A stretch of 64,000 nt of DNA, from the IMG/VR virus record IMGVR_UViG_3300025400_000009. One strand, 5' to 3'. Numbering within the stretch: position 1 is the stretch's first letter; each line of letters starts with the position of its first letter. Origin of the DNA: an uncultured virus (IMG/VR IMGVR_UViG_3300025400_000009). Lineage: Duplodnaviria > Heunggongvirae > Uroviricota > Caudoviricetes. Below the pieces are notes generated by a model. That model was not told the DNA's origin. It did not search any database and worked only from the letters and a program-made list of their open reading frames with translations. This document shows positions 35,588 to 45,783 of the stretch, piece after piece. The position numbers and the translations under genes were made by a program.

Positions 35588-36067
35588 TTATTTATTCAGA
35601 TTCTTTAGTTTTTCTAGTATGGAATTACGGTCTGTAAGAATGAACCCCTGTCCTTCTACAGTTCCAGTATCTCCGCTATCATTGCCATGTTTCTTATCAA
35701 TGGCCAACTTTTTAAGTTGTAGATCTACCATCTTTAACTTTTTATCAATCTTATTAGTCTTAGCAGTAATGGCTGCGGTCATCATTTGTGCTGCTACTTC
35801 AAACATACGTGTACTATACCGTGCTTCTACATTCATGCCCAGATCCATTAGATCATTATAGGCTTGTTCTGCTTTAGCAGCAAGAGAATCTAGCTCACTG
35901 TCTGCAATATCGCCTAGACCTTTTACACGAGGTAATGCGGCAGCGATTTTGTCAAATTCCTCTAATCTATCTTCTAGACTGATAACTTCTGCAACAACAG
36001 GTTCAGGAGCTGCTAGTGGTTCTTCGTTTTTAGGAAGGTCAAAAAGTTCTTCGAGTTTTTTTGTCAT
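35588..36067 (-). CDS. Probable terminase small subunit (gp16-like)
   Basis: Helical protein with ...RMFEVA.QM...AI.AK..K and a C-terminal DRNSILEKL; near the large terminase. Confidence 0.6.
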   Translation of the reverse strand: MTKKLEELFDLPKNEEPLAAPEPVVAEVISLEDRLEEFDKIAAALPRVKGLGDIADSELDSLAAKAEQAYNDLMDLGMNVEARYSTRMFEVAAQMMTAAITAKTNKIDKKLKMVDLQLKKLAIDKKHGNDSGDTGTVEGQGFILTDRNSILEKLKNLNK

Positions 36068-36106
36068 AAACTTACTTATACTTCCTAAATCTGCTTTAAG
36101 ATTTTT

Positions 36107-36901
36107 TTATTGTGTAATCCACGGCAACTTACTAGCAACAAACGAAGCCTGTGTAGCCAAGAATCTAGAATATTTTTCTTGTATTTGCGGAGTAACAGTA
36201 CCACCGGTAGCCTGTGCCAATGTTGCTAACACAGTCGACGAGTTCGCTGTAATATCGGACATTTTGATAGTGTAGATAGAATCCTTGTATTGTGTAGGAA
36301 ACTCATATCCTTCTGCATATATTTCTGTCGGTGCTAAGGGAGGAGCAAATGCTAGTTCAGCCACATCAGCCGTTAGTTGGTCTGGAGAGGAAACACCTTC
36401 TAACTGTGGGAAATAATCTTTCATATCGATCCACAGATTATTCCATCCGTAAATAGCAGGATCAGTTTTGGCAGGATCCCAAAATTCAACTGTATTATTA
36501 TAAAACTGGTTTCCTCTGATTCTTGAACTATCAGCTTCCTCAAAAGTCACAACTATATTAGTGCATGATGAAAATCTTGTATAGAGAGCATTATAATCTG
36601 GTACTAGATTTGAAAATAGTGCCAACGGTTTTGTAGGGTCAACTGGGCAAGCAAACTCGTAGATTTGCAATGTTGCTGTAGAAGTAGGAGAATCTACTTC
36701 AGGATATAAAGGTAAATTTATTTGATTATCACCTAGTCGAGTTAAACCTGCTCGTGCGCTTCCGTAGGTAGTAAGCGACGAATCGGCATAGCCGTAGAGT
36801 AAATCTGCAACCAGATCGCAAATGAACTCCCCGTGTGTACCATCTCGATAGTTTATATAAACTACTTGAGTGTTTGGAAATTTTGGTGCAGTTTCGCTCA
36901 T
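36107..36901 (-). CDS. Hypothetical protein, paralogue of 12956..13765
   Basis: INYRDGTHGEFI N-terminus; shares a C-terminal NS..VLA.L...TG motif. Confidence 0.65.
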   Translation of the reverse strand: MSETAPKFPNTQVVYINYRDGTHGEFICDLVADLLYGYADSSLTTYGSARAGLTRLGDNQINLPLYPEVDSPTSTATLQIYEFACPVDPTKPLALFSNLVPDYNALYTRFSSCTNIVVTFEEADSSRIRGNQFYNNTVEFWDPAKTDPAIYGWNNLWIDMKDYFPQLEGVSSPDQLTADVAELAFAPPLAPTEIYAEGYEFPTQYKDSIYTIKMSDITANSSTVLATLAQATGGTVTPQIQEKYSRFLATQASFVASKLPWITQ

Positions 36902-36913
36902 ATTCTAATCCTT

Positions 36914-37342
36914 TTATTTTTGAAAAATATCTTTTTCGTTAATTACTCTAAATTTTATTCCCTGATTTCTACACCAGGAACTAGCAGCTTGCCATTTGGC
37001 CATATTCTTAATATACTGTGCCTGGTTATAGGGATTCTTACCTACCTTTTCTGCAATCATTTGATTAGCAGGTTTAATCTCTACTAACTCTACATGACTC
37101 TTCTGGTTCCTGTCTGTATATTTAATCAAAAAGTCAGGAACATACACAGTTTGTTTACCAGTTAAGGGGTCTCTGTAAGGAATTTTAACCGGTTCGCTGG
37201 ACCAAGACTCTACTGCTGGATTATTATCGCAAAAAGTCATAAAAGTTAACTCCCACCCACTACGATAATAAGGTTGTTTGGTACCTACATACTTGTCGGG
37301 ATTTTTTGGTGTGTAAAAACTTTGGGCAAATTTTAAGCTCAT
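36914..37342 (-). CDS. gp4: Head completion nuclease (gp4-like, TnsA fold)
   Basis: NP.KY.G....YRSGWE, WSSE...IPY, YVPDF, VEIKP, N.AKW.AA and FRVINE. Confidence 0.9.
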   Translation of the reverse strand: MSLKFAQSFYTPKNPDKYVGTKQPYYRSGWELTFMTFCDNNPAVESWSSEPVKIPYRDPLTGKQTVYVPDFLIKYTDRNQKSHVELVEIKPANQMIAEKVGKNPYNQAQYIKNMAKWQAASSWCRNQGIKFRVINEKDIFQK

Positions 37343-37719
37343 GCTAATATATTACGCTGTACTGGATCAAAAGGAGCTACGGTATTTCCAACTCCTAGAT
37401 AACTGGATTTAAATCTGTTGTAGTTTAAAATAGCTGTAGCAACAGAACTCAATGATGCTGCATCCTGTGCCCGTAACGAATCGATCACGCTCATAGGGTT
37501 AAGATTATCCTGCTGACATTGTGTCATAATAATCGATGTTATGGACTTAGCTGTACTAATATCAAATCCTTTGTTTTCAAAGAAACCAGTCATAGCATTG
37601 AATACATTTGCATCTAGCTGTACAGGCATCGAATATAAGTTATTAAATGTATACGATGCGTTATCAACACTGTTATTATTAGGTGGAGGATTGTTGGGTA
37701 GATTGCTAAAATTATTCAT
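37339..37719 (-). CDS. Hypothetical late protein
   Basis: 126 aa, coupled between the tail-tube-like gene and gp4. Confidence 0.75.
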   Translation of the reverse strand: MNNFSNLPNNPPPNNNSVDNASYTFNNLYSMPVQLDANVFNAMTGFFENKGFDISTAKSITSIIMTQCQQDNLNPMSVIDSLRAQDAASLSSVATAILNYNRFKSSYLGVGNTVAPFDPVQRNILA

Positions 37720-37721
37720 GG

Positions 37722-38861
37722 TTATTGCCCTCCGGGAGTAAACTTATTAGTTGACAATGTACCTTGTTGAGGAATAACACCTCCACCTACTACATTGGCA
37801 GGGTTAGCAGTTATTGCACCAATAGCTCCTCCGATCAATGTTTGTTTTACATTGAATCCATAAACATTCCAAGCCTGCCTTGGATTTTTAGCAAATGTCT
37901 TAATCAGATTAATATCACTAATAATCTGTCCTATTGTTAAACCGTTCTTTGCCTGCTGACTGACTATAGGTCCTGATTGGCCACTTAGTCCTCCGCGAGT
38001 TCCTCCTGTGGGCATTGGTTGATTTACATTTTGTGCATTATCTGTTTTATAATATGAAAAAGTCGGTGGAATAGCAGTCTGTGGGGAACTTGCAGGCAAT
38101 GGAGAAACAGTTTTATCATATACCGCTTCGTCTTCAAATAATGTTACAAAATCGTCACCGCTGGCCGGAGCTGCTAATCTACCAGAAGAATATACTACAT
38201 CTTCATAGACCACTGACATTTTATTTTTTAAAATCTTAGTACCTTCCTGAGATAAGGAGTCATGATCCCAGTTAGTTATCATTGGATTTATTATTTTTAT
38301 TTTAGTGTATCTTCCACCTGACAATAAAAATATTTCAATACTATCTAAAAAATATTGTTGAGATGCTTGATTAGCACCGGGCTGTGCTGGGTTATATCCA
38401 TAAGGATAATCAAGTGTTCCGTATTTGGTATCTCCATACGCTGCCTTTATGTTAGGAGAATTAGGGTCACTATATCTACTATCTTGATAAAAATACTTGT
38501 AGTAGTTAAGCCAAAAACTGTTTACCTCATCACTAACATCGTCATGGAATGTAAAACTCATAGGCTCATATGCTATTTTAGTTTGTACATTGGTTTTTCT
38601 ATTATACTGATTTAATGTATCAGTTGTTATTTTAAACTTAGGAAGTTGTACTTCCTGTACCAATAATGCTAGATATTTTCTAGCCCATTCACTGGCTAGG
38701 TATTGTTGGGCATCTATGATTTTTTGATTTATAGTAAAATGAACACAGTACATGTGTCCAAATTTAGGAATATGTTGATATCTTGCGCCGCCGCCTAGAT
38801 ATAATCTAGTTGCGTGTTTATATGTTGTAAGACTGGGGGGTTGATCAAAAAAGTCGGCCAT
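37722..38861 (-). CDS. Tail-tube-like / baseplate tube initiator protein
   Basis: VQLPKF......NQYNRK.......YEP...TFHDD tube-fold motif; follows gp19. Confidence 0.7.
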   Translation of the reverse strand: MADFFDQPPSLTTYKHATRLYLGGGARYQHIPKFGHMYCVHFTINQKIIDAQQYLASEWARKYLALLVQEVQLPKFKITTDTLNQYNRKTNVQTKIAYEPMSFTFHDDVSDEVNSFWLNYYKYFYQDSRYSDPNSPNIKAAYGDTKYGTLDYPYGYNPAQPGANQASQQYFLDSIEIFLLSGGRYTKIKIINPMITNWDHDSLSQEGTKILKNKMSVVYEDVVYSSGRLAAPASGDDFVTLFEDEAVYDKTVSPLPASSPQTAIPPTFSYYKTDNAQNVNQPMPTGGTRGGLSGQSGPIVSQQAKNGLTIGQIISDINLIKTFAKNPRQAWNVYGFNVKQTLIGGAIGAITANPANVVGGGVIPQQGTLSTNKFTPGGQ

Positions 38862-38878
38862 AACAATATTTAGTTCGT

Positions 38879-38906
38879 AAAAAAGCCTGGGTTTAATGCC
38901 AGGCTT
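38879..38906 (-). terminator. Rho-independent terminator after the tail tube gene
   Basis: Minus strand AAGCCTGG-N8-CCAGGCTT-TTTT. Confidence 0.75.
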
Positions 38907-38925
38907 AGTTTGAGTTTACATTATA

Positions 38926-39555
38926 TTAAACCGCTGATTGGAATAATGGTCGTTCTCTCAACGATGGGTCAACTAGTGTTGCACCGGCGGCATCTGTTTG
39001 ATATGCGTTATCGAAACAAATAGTCATTTCAATTTCCATCGGATCGCTCTTGCTGTAGTCATTACCACTATATTGTACACCTTGTAACCAGCATCCCTGA
39101 ACTTGGAACGCTTCTAGTGTTTGTGGAGTAAACTGACCATTTCCACCGTCTAGGATTTCGATGGTCATATAGAACTTGTAATCTTGTCCACTAAACGCAC
39201 TAGATTGATTAAAGAAATCAAACTGTTGTTGTAGTTGTTGACCAACTAGCTTAGTTACGTTATTATTGATATCGTCACGAACTTTTAGTTTGATGTTGCT
39301 AAACTTATATTTTCCAGCAAGTTTAACTGTGCTGTTATATACATCTAGTTTAACTTCATCAAATTGCGGATTTGGACGATCAACCATCATAACCTGTTTG
39401 GTTAGTTCTGTAGAAAATCCAGGAGTTGCACCAAAGTTTGTTAGAGTAACGCGAAAGCGATACGCTAGTTTTGGCATCAGTAACCCTTGGTTAGAGTTGC
39501 TTTGGCCTCCTGCGGCCAAAGGTACTGTGAAATTACTTAAACTTGCTGTTGGCAT
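38926..39555 (-). CDS. gp19: Tail tube protein (gp19-like)
   Basis: PKL.YRFRV, RP, VYNS.VKLAGK, RDD, DYKF and I.FDNA; immediately downstream of the sheath gene. Confidence 0.85.
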   Translation of the reverse strand: MPTASLSNFTVPLAAGGQSNSNQGLLMPKLAYRFRVTLTNFGATPGFSTELTKQVMMVDRPNPQFDEVKLDVYNSTVKLAGKYKFSNIKLKVRDDINNNVTKLVGQQLQQQFDFFNQSSAFSGQDYKFYMTIEILDGGNGQFTPQTLEAFQVQGCWLQGVQYSGNDYSKSDPMEIEMTICFDNAYQTDAAGATLVDPSLRERPLFQSAV

Positions 39556-39576
39556 TTTATGCTCCTTATCCTTTTA

Positions 39577-42500
39577 TTATTGTCCGGTTGAACTATTGTT
39601 TGATCCTGTTGCTTTACTGCTGTAGTTACCAGATGCAATAGCACCAGTGTTCAACAATCTCAAAGGAATGTAAATGAACTCAACAGATTTAACTGGCTCA
39701 ATAGCAACGTCAACCCATAGTTCATTACGATCAATTCTTGTACTTGTATTATTTGTAGTATCACATACAACTACAAAGTCGTATAATGCACGTTGAGCTA
39801 CAAGTTCTAACAACAAGTTTTCAATACTTGTTTTGATTTCACTACGTGTTTGAGCATCATTAGGCTCAAACAAGAATGGTTTAGCCAATACACCTAAACG
39901 ACGACGTAAGTAAGCAACTAATCTAGCAACATTGATACGATTCAATGCTGTGCTTTGTGGATCGCGTGTATACTGTCCCATAGCTGTTAAACCAGCACCT
40001 GGTAGTGTAGCAATAGGATTAACTTGTACACCTGCTAACACATTACGTAGACTTTCGTAGATGCTTGTAGGAATAAACTCACCAGTTACAGAGTCAACAT
40101 AGCCGACGCTGCTTGCATTTGTAATGCCACCACGGTTTGTACCAGCTGGAGCAAACCAAGGATAAGCAACATTGTCATTGTTGATGATTGTGTGAAGCAT
40201 CATGTGGCTTGGTGGAACAATAATGTTGTTACCAAGATTGTCAGTTGTACGACCGCTTGGATAGTAAACTGCTAGGTAGTTGTCATATTCTACAAGGCCA
40301 GCATCGCCATCGCTTGTGGCTAGGGCAGCATTTTTACCCCAGTTAGACAATGTAGTAGCTTCGCTAGATAAACGGAATGGTGTATCGCCAACAACTAGTG
40401 CTAGTTGACCAATATCGCTGTTTAAACTAACCATAGCTGATATCAACTCTGTATAGCCAGGAGTTGCAATCAAGTTATAGGCCAATGTATCTGTATCTCG
40501 TACACCTGTGCTAGTTGTTACTAATGCTTCTAGAGCTTTGACAACAACAGCACGTTGAGCTAAACGACCAAATGTTCCACGACCTTTATCATCGTTTGCA
40601 CTGGCTGTTACCCAACGGTCTAATGAGTAGCTTGCTTGACTTTCATTGCCATTATTAGCATTTACACCGTTAGGATTAATGTAGTTTGCTACATATTTCT
40701 TAACGTTGTTGCCACTACGACGAGTATTCCATAAACGTGTTCCACGTGGATATGATAGTGCGGATACACAATCAGGATCAGCATAGTTGCTGATTAGCAA
40801 ATCAGTAATACTAGTAATGTAGTTAGGAGCATCCATGCCGTTGTCTGACCAACGAGCATCAGCAAATACCCAACCATTTGGACTGTGATGATCTGTAGTA
40901 TCTTGTAATACCCAGCCATTAGCACCAGTACCAGCAGCGGTATTATAAACATAGATATTATGTCCATAGCCGTCACCAGCAGATGTATCGACCCAAATAT
41001 CACCGTTTACTAGTGCGCTAACACCGTTACTTTGTGTTGTTGGAGCACTTGCACTTAGCAATGGACCTGTGGCATTTGTATTTGGGAAAGCGTTTTTGTA
41101 ACCAATCCAAGCACTACCGTTGTTATATAAAATGTCAACGTCGCCTTGGTAGCTATTAAACCACAATGTACCATCTGCAGGAGTTTCACCAGGAGCAGTA
41201 GGTTGTGAGCTATATGTCATTGGATACCAGTTGCTGACTGCCAATGTAAATGGTGTGTCGCCTGTTGGTGCATTATACAAGTTAGCAACAGTACCAACAT
41301 TTGCAGATTTAATGCCAAGCAATGATAATGGTGTGCCAGTACCGTCTTGTAATTCAATTTCTCCACCAAGGGCGTGATTGATTGTCAAGTTATTAGTACC
41401 TGCATTCCAAGTAGCATAAACATTAACCAAGTTTGTGTTGGTATTGATTGCAGATGCAACTTGTTGTCCTAGTGGAACACTTCCGCTACCAATAACATTA
41501 ACGGTTACATTACTATGCCAGGTACCAGTTGTAGTTGTTTCACGGAGTGTAAATGTTGTGTTGCCAGAGTTTGTAGTTCCGCTTGATACAGATAATGTAG
41601 TAACACCAGTATTAGCACGAATAAACAATTCAAAGTTAGCATTGTTAACATTATTAACATCTGAATCAATGAATATTGTATTTGCTGCAATATTTAAGCC
41701 GCCACCAACGCTGTCTAATGCTTGAATAGCACCTTGTCTGCTTGCGTAGATAGGAGCATTAACACTGGTCCAAGCATCTGTACTAGCATTAAAATATTTC
41801 ACATCCCAGTTAGCACCATTGCTTACTGGAGTTGTACAGATCCAAACGCTGCCTGTAGCAGTGCTTGCATCAAAGTTAGGATAGTTATAGTTAGGACTGA
41901 TTTGTAAAGATTTACCACTGTCGAAACCGTTTTGTACTTTTACCCAAGCGCCAGCAGTTGCAGATTTATAATATAACTGAGGAAGGCTAGGACTAGAGTT
42001 ACTGGTATTGCTAGGAATAACCATAGCAAAATCACCAAGTGAGCCATAAGACTGTAATGGGAATCCACCTGAGAATTCAGCGGTGTTTGTATCGTCAATG
42101 ATATCTGGGGTAACTAGTGTGAAACCACCTGCACCATAGTTAGAAGCAGTATTCCAAACATTGATGCCAAACTTGCTGTCAGCAGTATCTACCCAAATAG
42201 AACCAGCCATTGGGGTTCCTGTAGGTTGTGTGTTTGAACCTGCGATTTGACCTAGGTCGATATCAGCACGAACAACATAGGCTTGGCTTGTTGCACCAAG
42301 AACGCTGTATGCTGCTTGTAGACCGTATTCGTTGATTTCACTGGCGTTAACTGGGGTACCAGCAACTGTTTGGAAATAAGGTGTACCGAATGTATCCACT
42401 AAATCGCGTTGGCTAGTGATAACCCAGACAGTGCCTGCGTTTGATTTGGTAGTACCTTGTGCAATGCCTGTGCCGCTAGCGTTAGATTTATTTTCTGCTG

Positions 42501-42603
42501 TTGCTACGAAAATCAACGGAACAGTGCCAGGAGCAGCCGGAGCATAAAAACTCTGGTCTATAACTGATACGCTTACGCCTGGTGATTGTAATGATTGTGC
42601 CAT
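39577..42603 (-). CDS. gp18: Contractile tail sheath protein (gp18-like)
   Basis: SPGVSVSVIDQS N-terminus; PWFAPAG..RG, VNPI, RINVARL, FEPND and AIEPVKSVEFIYIP C-terminus. Confidence 0.95.
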   Translation of the reverse strand: MAQSLQSPGVSVSVIDQSFYAPAAPGTVPLIFVATAENKSNASGTGIAQGTTKSNAGTVWVITSQRDLVDTFGTPYFQTVAGTPVNASEINEYGLQAAYSVLGATSQAYVVRADIDLGQIAGSNTQPTGTPMAGSIWVDTADSKFGINVWNTASNYGAGGFTLVTPDIIDDTNTAEFSGGFPLQSYGSLGDFAMVIPSNTSNSSPSLPQLYYKSATAGAWVKVQNGFDSGKSLQISPNYNYPNFDASTATGSVWICTTPVSNGANWDVKYFNASTDAWTSVNAPIYASRQGAIQALDSVGGGLNIAANTIFIDSDVNNVNNANFELFIRANTGVTTLSVSSGTTNSGNTTFTLRETTTTGTWHSNVTVNVIGSGSVPLGQQVASAINTNTNLVNVYATWNAGTNNLTINHALGGEIELQDGTGTPLSLLGIKSANVGTVANLYNAPTGDTPFTLAVSNWYPMTYSSQPTAPGETPADGTLWFNSYQGDVDILYNNGSAWIGYKNAFPNTNATGPLLSASAPTTQSNGVSALVNGDIWVDTSAGDGYGHNIYVYNTAAGTGANGWVLQDTTDHHSPNGWVFADARWSDNGMDAPNYITSITDLLISNYADPDCVSALSYPRGTRLWNTRRSGNNVKKYVANYINPNGVNANNGNESQASYSLDRWVTASANDDKGRGTFGRLAQRAVVVKALEALVTTSTGVRDTDTLAYNLIATPGYTELISAMVSLNSDIGQLALVVGDTPFRLSSEATTLSNWGKNAALATSDGDAGLVEYDNYLAVYYPSGRTTDNLGNNIIVPPSHMMLHTIINNDNVAYPWFAPAGTNRGGITNASSVGYVDSVTGEFIPTSIYESLRNVLAGVQVNPIATLPGAGLTAMGQYTRDPQSTALNRINVARLVAYLRRRLGVLAKPFLFEPNDAQTRSEIKTSIENLLLELVAQRALYDFVVVCDTTNNTSTRIDRNELWVDVAIEPVKSVEFIYIPLRLLNTGAIASGNYSSKATGSNNSSTGQ

Positions 42604-42704
42604 CTTAAAAAACTCCTTAGTGGATTACTTTGTTTTATTTAGCACCAAATAGAAAAATTTAAGGGTTAAATACCATGTGAAAAGGGCACCAAAAAGGGCG
42701 GGTT

Positions 42705-43040
42705 ATGCGTAAACTTTGTAAAGAATGTGGTCAAAGACCAGTGGCAATCAACTACTATAAAGAAGGAAAGCCATTCTACAGGTCTAAATGCGACCATTGT
42801 GCCAAGGGTAGGAAAAAAGAAAAGCCGCTGTGGGCCTTGGCTGGATATAAGAAAAAATCAGTTTGCGAAAAGTGTAACTACACTTCTAAACACAGCGAAC
42901 AGTTTAATGTATTTTATGTAGACGGAAATCTACACAATAATAGATTTACTAATCTAAAAACAGTATGCGCTAACTGCCAGCGCATACTTCACAAAGAAGG
43001 AGTTAGGTGGCGGCAGGGAGATCTGCGACCTGATTATTAA
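42705..43040 (+). CDS. HNH-like zinc-binding protein
   Basis: Three CxxC pairs plus VDGN..NN...NLKTVCANC. Confidence 0.75.
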   Translation: MRKLCKECGQRPVAINYYKEGKPFYRSKCDHCAKGRKKEKPLWALAGYKKKSVCEKCNYTSKHSEQFNVFYVDGNLHNNRFTNLKTVCANCQRILHKEGVRWRQGDLRPDY

Positions 43041-43665
43041 TAATAGACTCTATCTGTTTGTACAAGTCATCAATAGATCCGTCATTACTCACAGTAAAAT
43101 CTGTTTTGTAGCCAACCCAAGCAGTTTCACTATCGTGGATCTTTAGTTTTTCCATTTTTGCCACACTCAATGCCCACGATGTATTCGCAACAGGGCCTCG
43201 GTTTACACTGGCAGCGGCTTCAAACCAAGCAGGATCATCGCCTCGTTTGATACGAACAACAATGCCACCTGCATCATGAATGGCTTTGATTTCGTTGGGG
43301 AAACGCACATCACTGATAACAATGTTGTCAGCAGTTTTACGCATCTTGTTCTCTACACTAGCGATCCAAATATCATCATGGAACCCGTTGCGGCAAACTT
43401 CGGTTCCCCAATATTGTAAAACCCAGCGAGGTGTTAATTCAGGCATGTCGAGTCGTTTAGCCCACCAAGGATCCACTTGTTCTCGCCATTCACGGGCTTC
43501 TTTTGTGCGGCCTTCTAATAGTGTTCTATCCCAGCCAAATACTGCGGCTACAGCATCTTTAAGTGTGTTGGCAAAACTGTCTCTTCTAAAACCATGCGAA
43601 TTAACTAAAAAGTCTGCGGCAGTATCTTTGCCAGAACCAATCAAACCCACGAAGCCAATAATCAT
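43003..43665 (-). CDS. gp1: Deoxynucleoside monophosphate kinase (gp1-like)
   Basis: GLIGSGKDT, FA..LKD, TPRWVLQYWGTEV.R, ISDVRFPNE and H.SE. Confidence 0.93.
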   Translation of the reverse strand: MIIGFVGLIGSGKDTAADFLVNSHGFRRDSFANTLKDAVAAVFGWDRTLLEGRTKEAREWREQVDPWWAKRLDMPELTPRWVLQYWGTEVCRNGFHDDIWIASVENKMRKTADNIVISDVRFPNEIKAIHDAGGIVVRIKRGDDPAWFEAAASVNRGPVANTSWALSVAKMEKLKIHDSETAWVGYKTDFTVSNDGSIDDLYKQIESIINNQVADLPAAT

Positions 43666-43726
43666 ACAATATCTCCAACGATATTATAAGTTTATAACAA
43701 CTTTATTACAAGGTCAAGAATTATTT

Positions 43727-44485
43727 TTAGCCAGTTACCCAAGTTAATGGAGTAGAACCTTCTTTGTAGTTGATTAGGTCTTGTTCTAACTGATCCATTT
43801 CAGCTTTGCCCTCGGCCTTAAGTTGCGATCCGTTTAATCCACTGCTACCCTGTGGTCCTGCAATGGCTGGGAATTTTTCACGAGCTTGACCTAACATTAC
43901 TTTGGCATTAGCTAGGGAGTAGTCTTTTAACCACTGTCCTGCATACATGTCAGCAAACAAGTTAAAATCTGGACGATAGTTGTACATCCAAACTAAAACT
44001 TGTTCAGGGGCAAAAGGTCGTTGTGAAACCGTTAAAGTATGATTAGTTTGATTGTAACTGAAGTTAATATCGCTACCAAACATTTTACCCACTTGTTTTT
44101 GATACGATGCAAAAGAATAGTATGTAGCTAACCCGCCCATGTTAGTGCTGGCCAGCAAATAGGTATTAGAATATGCTAGGTTGAACGGTTCAAACAAACT
44201 TCCACCGTCTCCACCACCAGTGCGTGATCCAATACTACGTCTAAAAAGTTGACGAATACTGATAACTTCTTTAGGCATCACATATTCGTTGGTATCGACT
44301 ACTAGATCCAAGAATCCAAAACTTTCTTCAACAGCGTTACTACTACGCTGGCGATATTTGGCCAAGGCACGATCGATGGCTTGATTATAATGGATAGGAT
44401 CTAATTCCACATCGACCATTGATCCTCCAAGAAAGGCATATATATAGTCAACTACGTCTTGGCGGCTTTTTTCAGTTTCGTTCAT
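43727..44485 (-). CDS. gp13: Neck protein (gp13-like)
   Basis: LGG.MVDVEL, AL..YRQ and W..DY.LA..K..LG.AREKF..I.GP.G...LNG; start moved to 44485. Confidence 0.85.
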   Translation of the reverse strand: MNETEKSRQDVVDYIYAFLGGSMVDVELDPIHYNQAIDRALAKYRQRSSNAVEESFGFLDLVVDTNEYVMPKEVISIRQLFRRSIGSRTGGGDGGSLFEPFNLAYSNTYLLASTNMGGLATYYSFASYQKQVGKMFGSDINFSYNQTNHTLTVSQRPFAPEQVLVWMYNYRPDFNLFADMYAGQWLKDYSLANAKVMLGQAREKFPAIAGPQGSSGLNGSQLKAEGKAEMDQLEQDLINYKEGSTPLTWVTG

Positions 44486-44510
44486 AATAATATTTAGCAT
44501 AAATAGGTAT
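44486..44510. promoter_or_regulatory. Back-to-back late promoters (TATTTA-GCA-TAAATA)
   Basis: Each TAAATA lies 5 nt from the divergent ATG of gp13 or gp14. Confidence 0.75.
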
Positions 44511-45722
44511 ATGCCAAGATTGTCACTATACCGTCCGGAAAAGGGCAATGATTTCAAGTTCATAGACCGTGTTGTAAATGAACGCTTTCAAGTGGGCGGA
44601 ACTGATGTTCTTATTCACAAGTACCTAGGACCAACAAGTCCTAACGCTACTGACGGGGTTACTCCAACTACACCCGATAACAGTACAAATCCTACTCCGG
44701 AGTTAGGCATACAAGATGTATTATTCATGGAAAACCGTGATAGAAACTATGAACCAGATGTCTATGTTATTCGCGGTATCTATACCATGCAGGATTTAGA
44801 TTTTAATTTAAGTCAGTTTGGTATGTTTTTGACCAATGATACAGTTATGATGCATTTTCATTTGCGTGGTCATGTAGATGCATTGGGGCGTAAGATTATG
44901 CCAGGGGATGTTATAGAACTTCCTCATCTAAAAGATGAATATGCTATAGACAATAACTTTGTAGCATTAAAAAGATTTTATGTAGTGCAGGATGTTAGTC
45001 GTCCTACCAACGGATTCAGTGTCACATGGTACCCTCACCTAGTTCGTGCCAAATGTGTACCGTTGGTCGATAGTCAAGAATTTAATCAAATACTTGGACA
45101 AGATAGTGGTAATGGTGATGGTAGTACATTACGAGACATTATGAGTACATACAATCAAAGTATACAAATCAATGATCAAATTGTCGAACAAGCCATGGCA
45201 GATTCTCCAGTTGCAGGTTATGATACTTCGGCGTTTTATATTATCCCTACTAGAGAGTCGGGACTTGTTGATTATGCAGATACCAGTGATACATTAGATG
45301 ATGCCAGCATTGATCAACAAGTATTAGATGCCAGCATGGTATTACATACTCCTAGAAAAAATCTATATGTTGGATATTTGACAGGCAATGGTATGCCTCC
45401 TAATGGAGCACCATTCAGCCAAGGTGTTATATTCCCTTACAAGCCAGCACAGGGTGCGTTCTTTTTGAGAACAGATTATCAACCCAACGCTCTTTATAGA
45501 TACGACGGAACAAACTGGATATTGTTTGAAAAAAATGTTCAAATGACCATGAACGAGTTTGGACAGCAAGATACAACCTCTGGCAGATTTGCTGGTGCAG
45601 CAACTAGACAAACTCAGAAAACTGGATTTATTAACAATACCAATACGGCTACTATTAACGGATCAGTTGTTCAAGAACGCCAGGCATTGAGCAAGGCACT
45701 AAAACCAAAAGCGGATAATTAA
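44511..45722 (+). CDS. gp14: Neck protein (gp14-like)
   Basis: IQD.LF.ENRDR.Y, LSQFG.FL..D and PGDVIELPHL; lies between the gp13 and gp15 homologues. Confidence 0.75.
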   Translation: MPRLSLYRPEKGNDFKFIDRVVNERFQVGGTDVLIHKYLGPTSPNATDGVTPTTPDNSTNPTPELGIQDVLFMENRDRNYEPDVYVIRGIYTMQDLDFNLSQFGMFLTNDTVMMHFHLRGHVDALGRKIMPGDVIELPHLKDEYAIDNNFVALKRFYVVQDVSRPTNGFSVTWYPHLVRAKCVPLVDSQEFNQILGQDSGNGDGSTLRDIMSTYNQSIQINDQIVEQAMADSPVAGYDTSAFYIIPTRESGLVDYADTSDTLDDASIDQQVLDASMVLHTPRKNLYVGYLTGNGMPPNGAPFSQGVIFPYKPAQGAFFLRTDYQPNALYRYDGTNWILFEKNVQMTMNEFGQQDTTSGRFAGAATRQTQKTGFINNTNTATINGSVVQERQALSKALKPKADN

Positions 45723-45783
45723 AAATGTATATCTATAAGTTTATACAGAAAAGGCGAGTAATCGCAAATCAGGAGGGTAAGTA

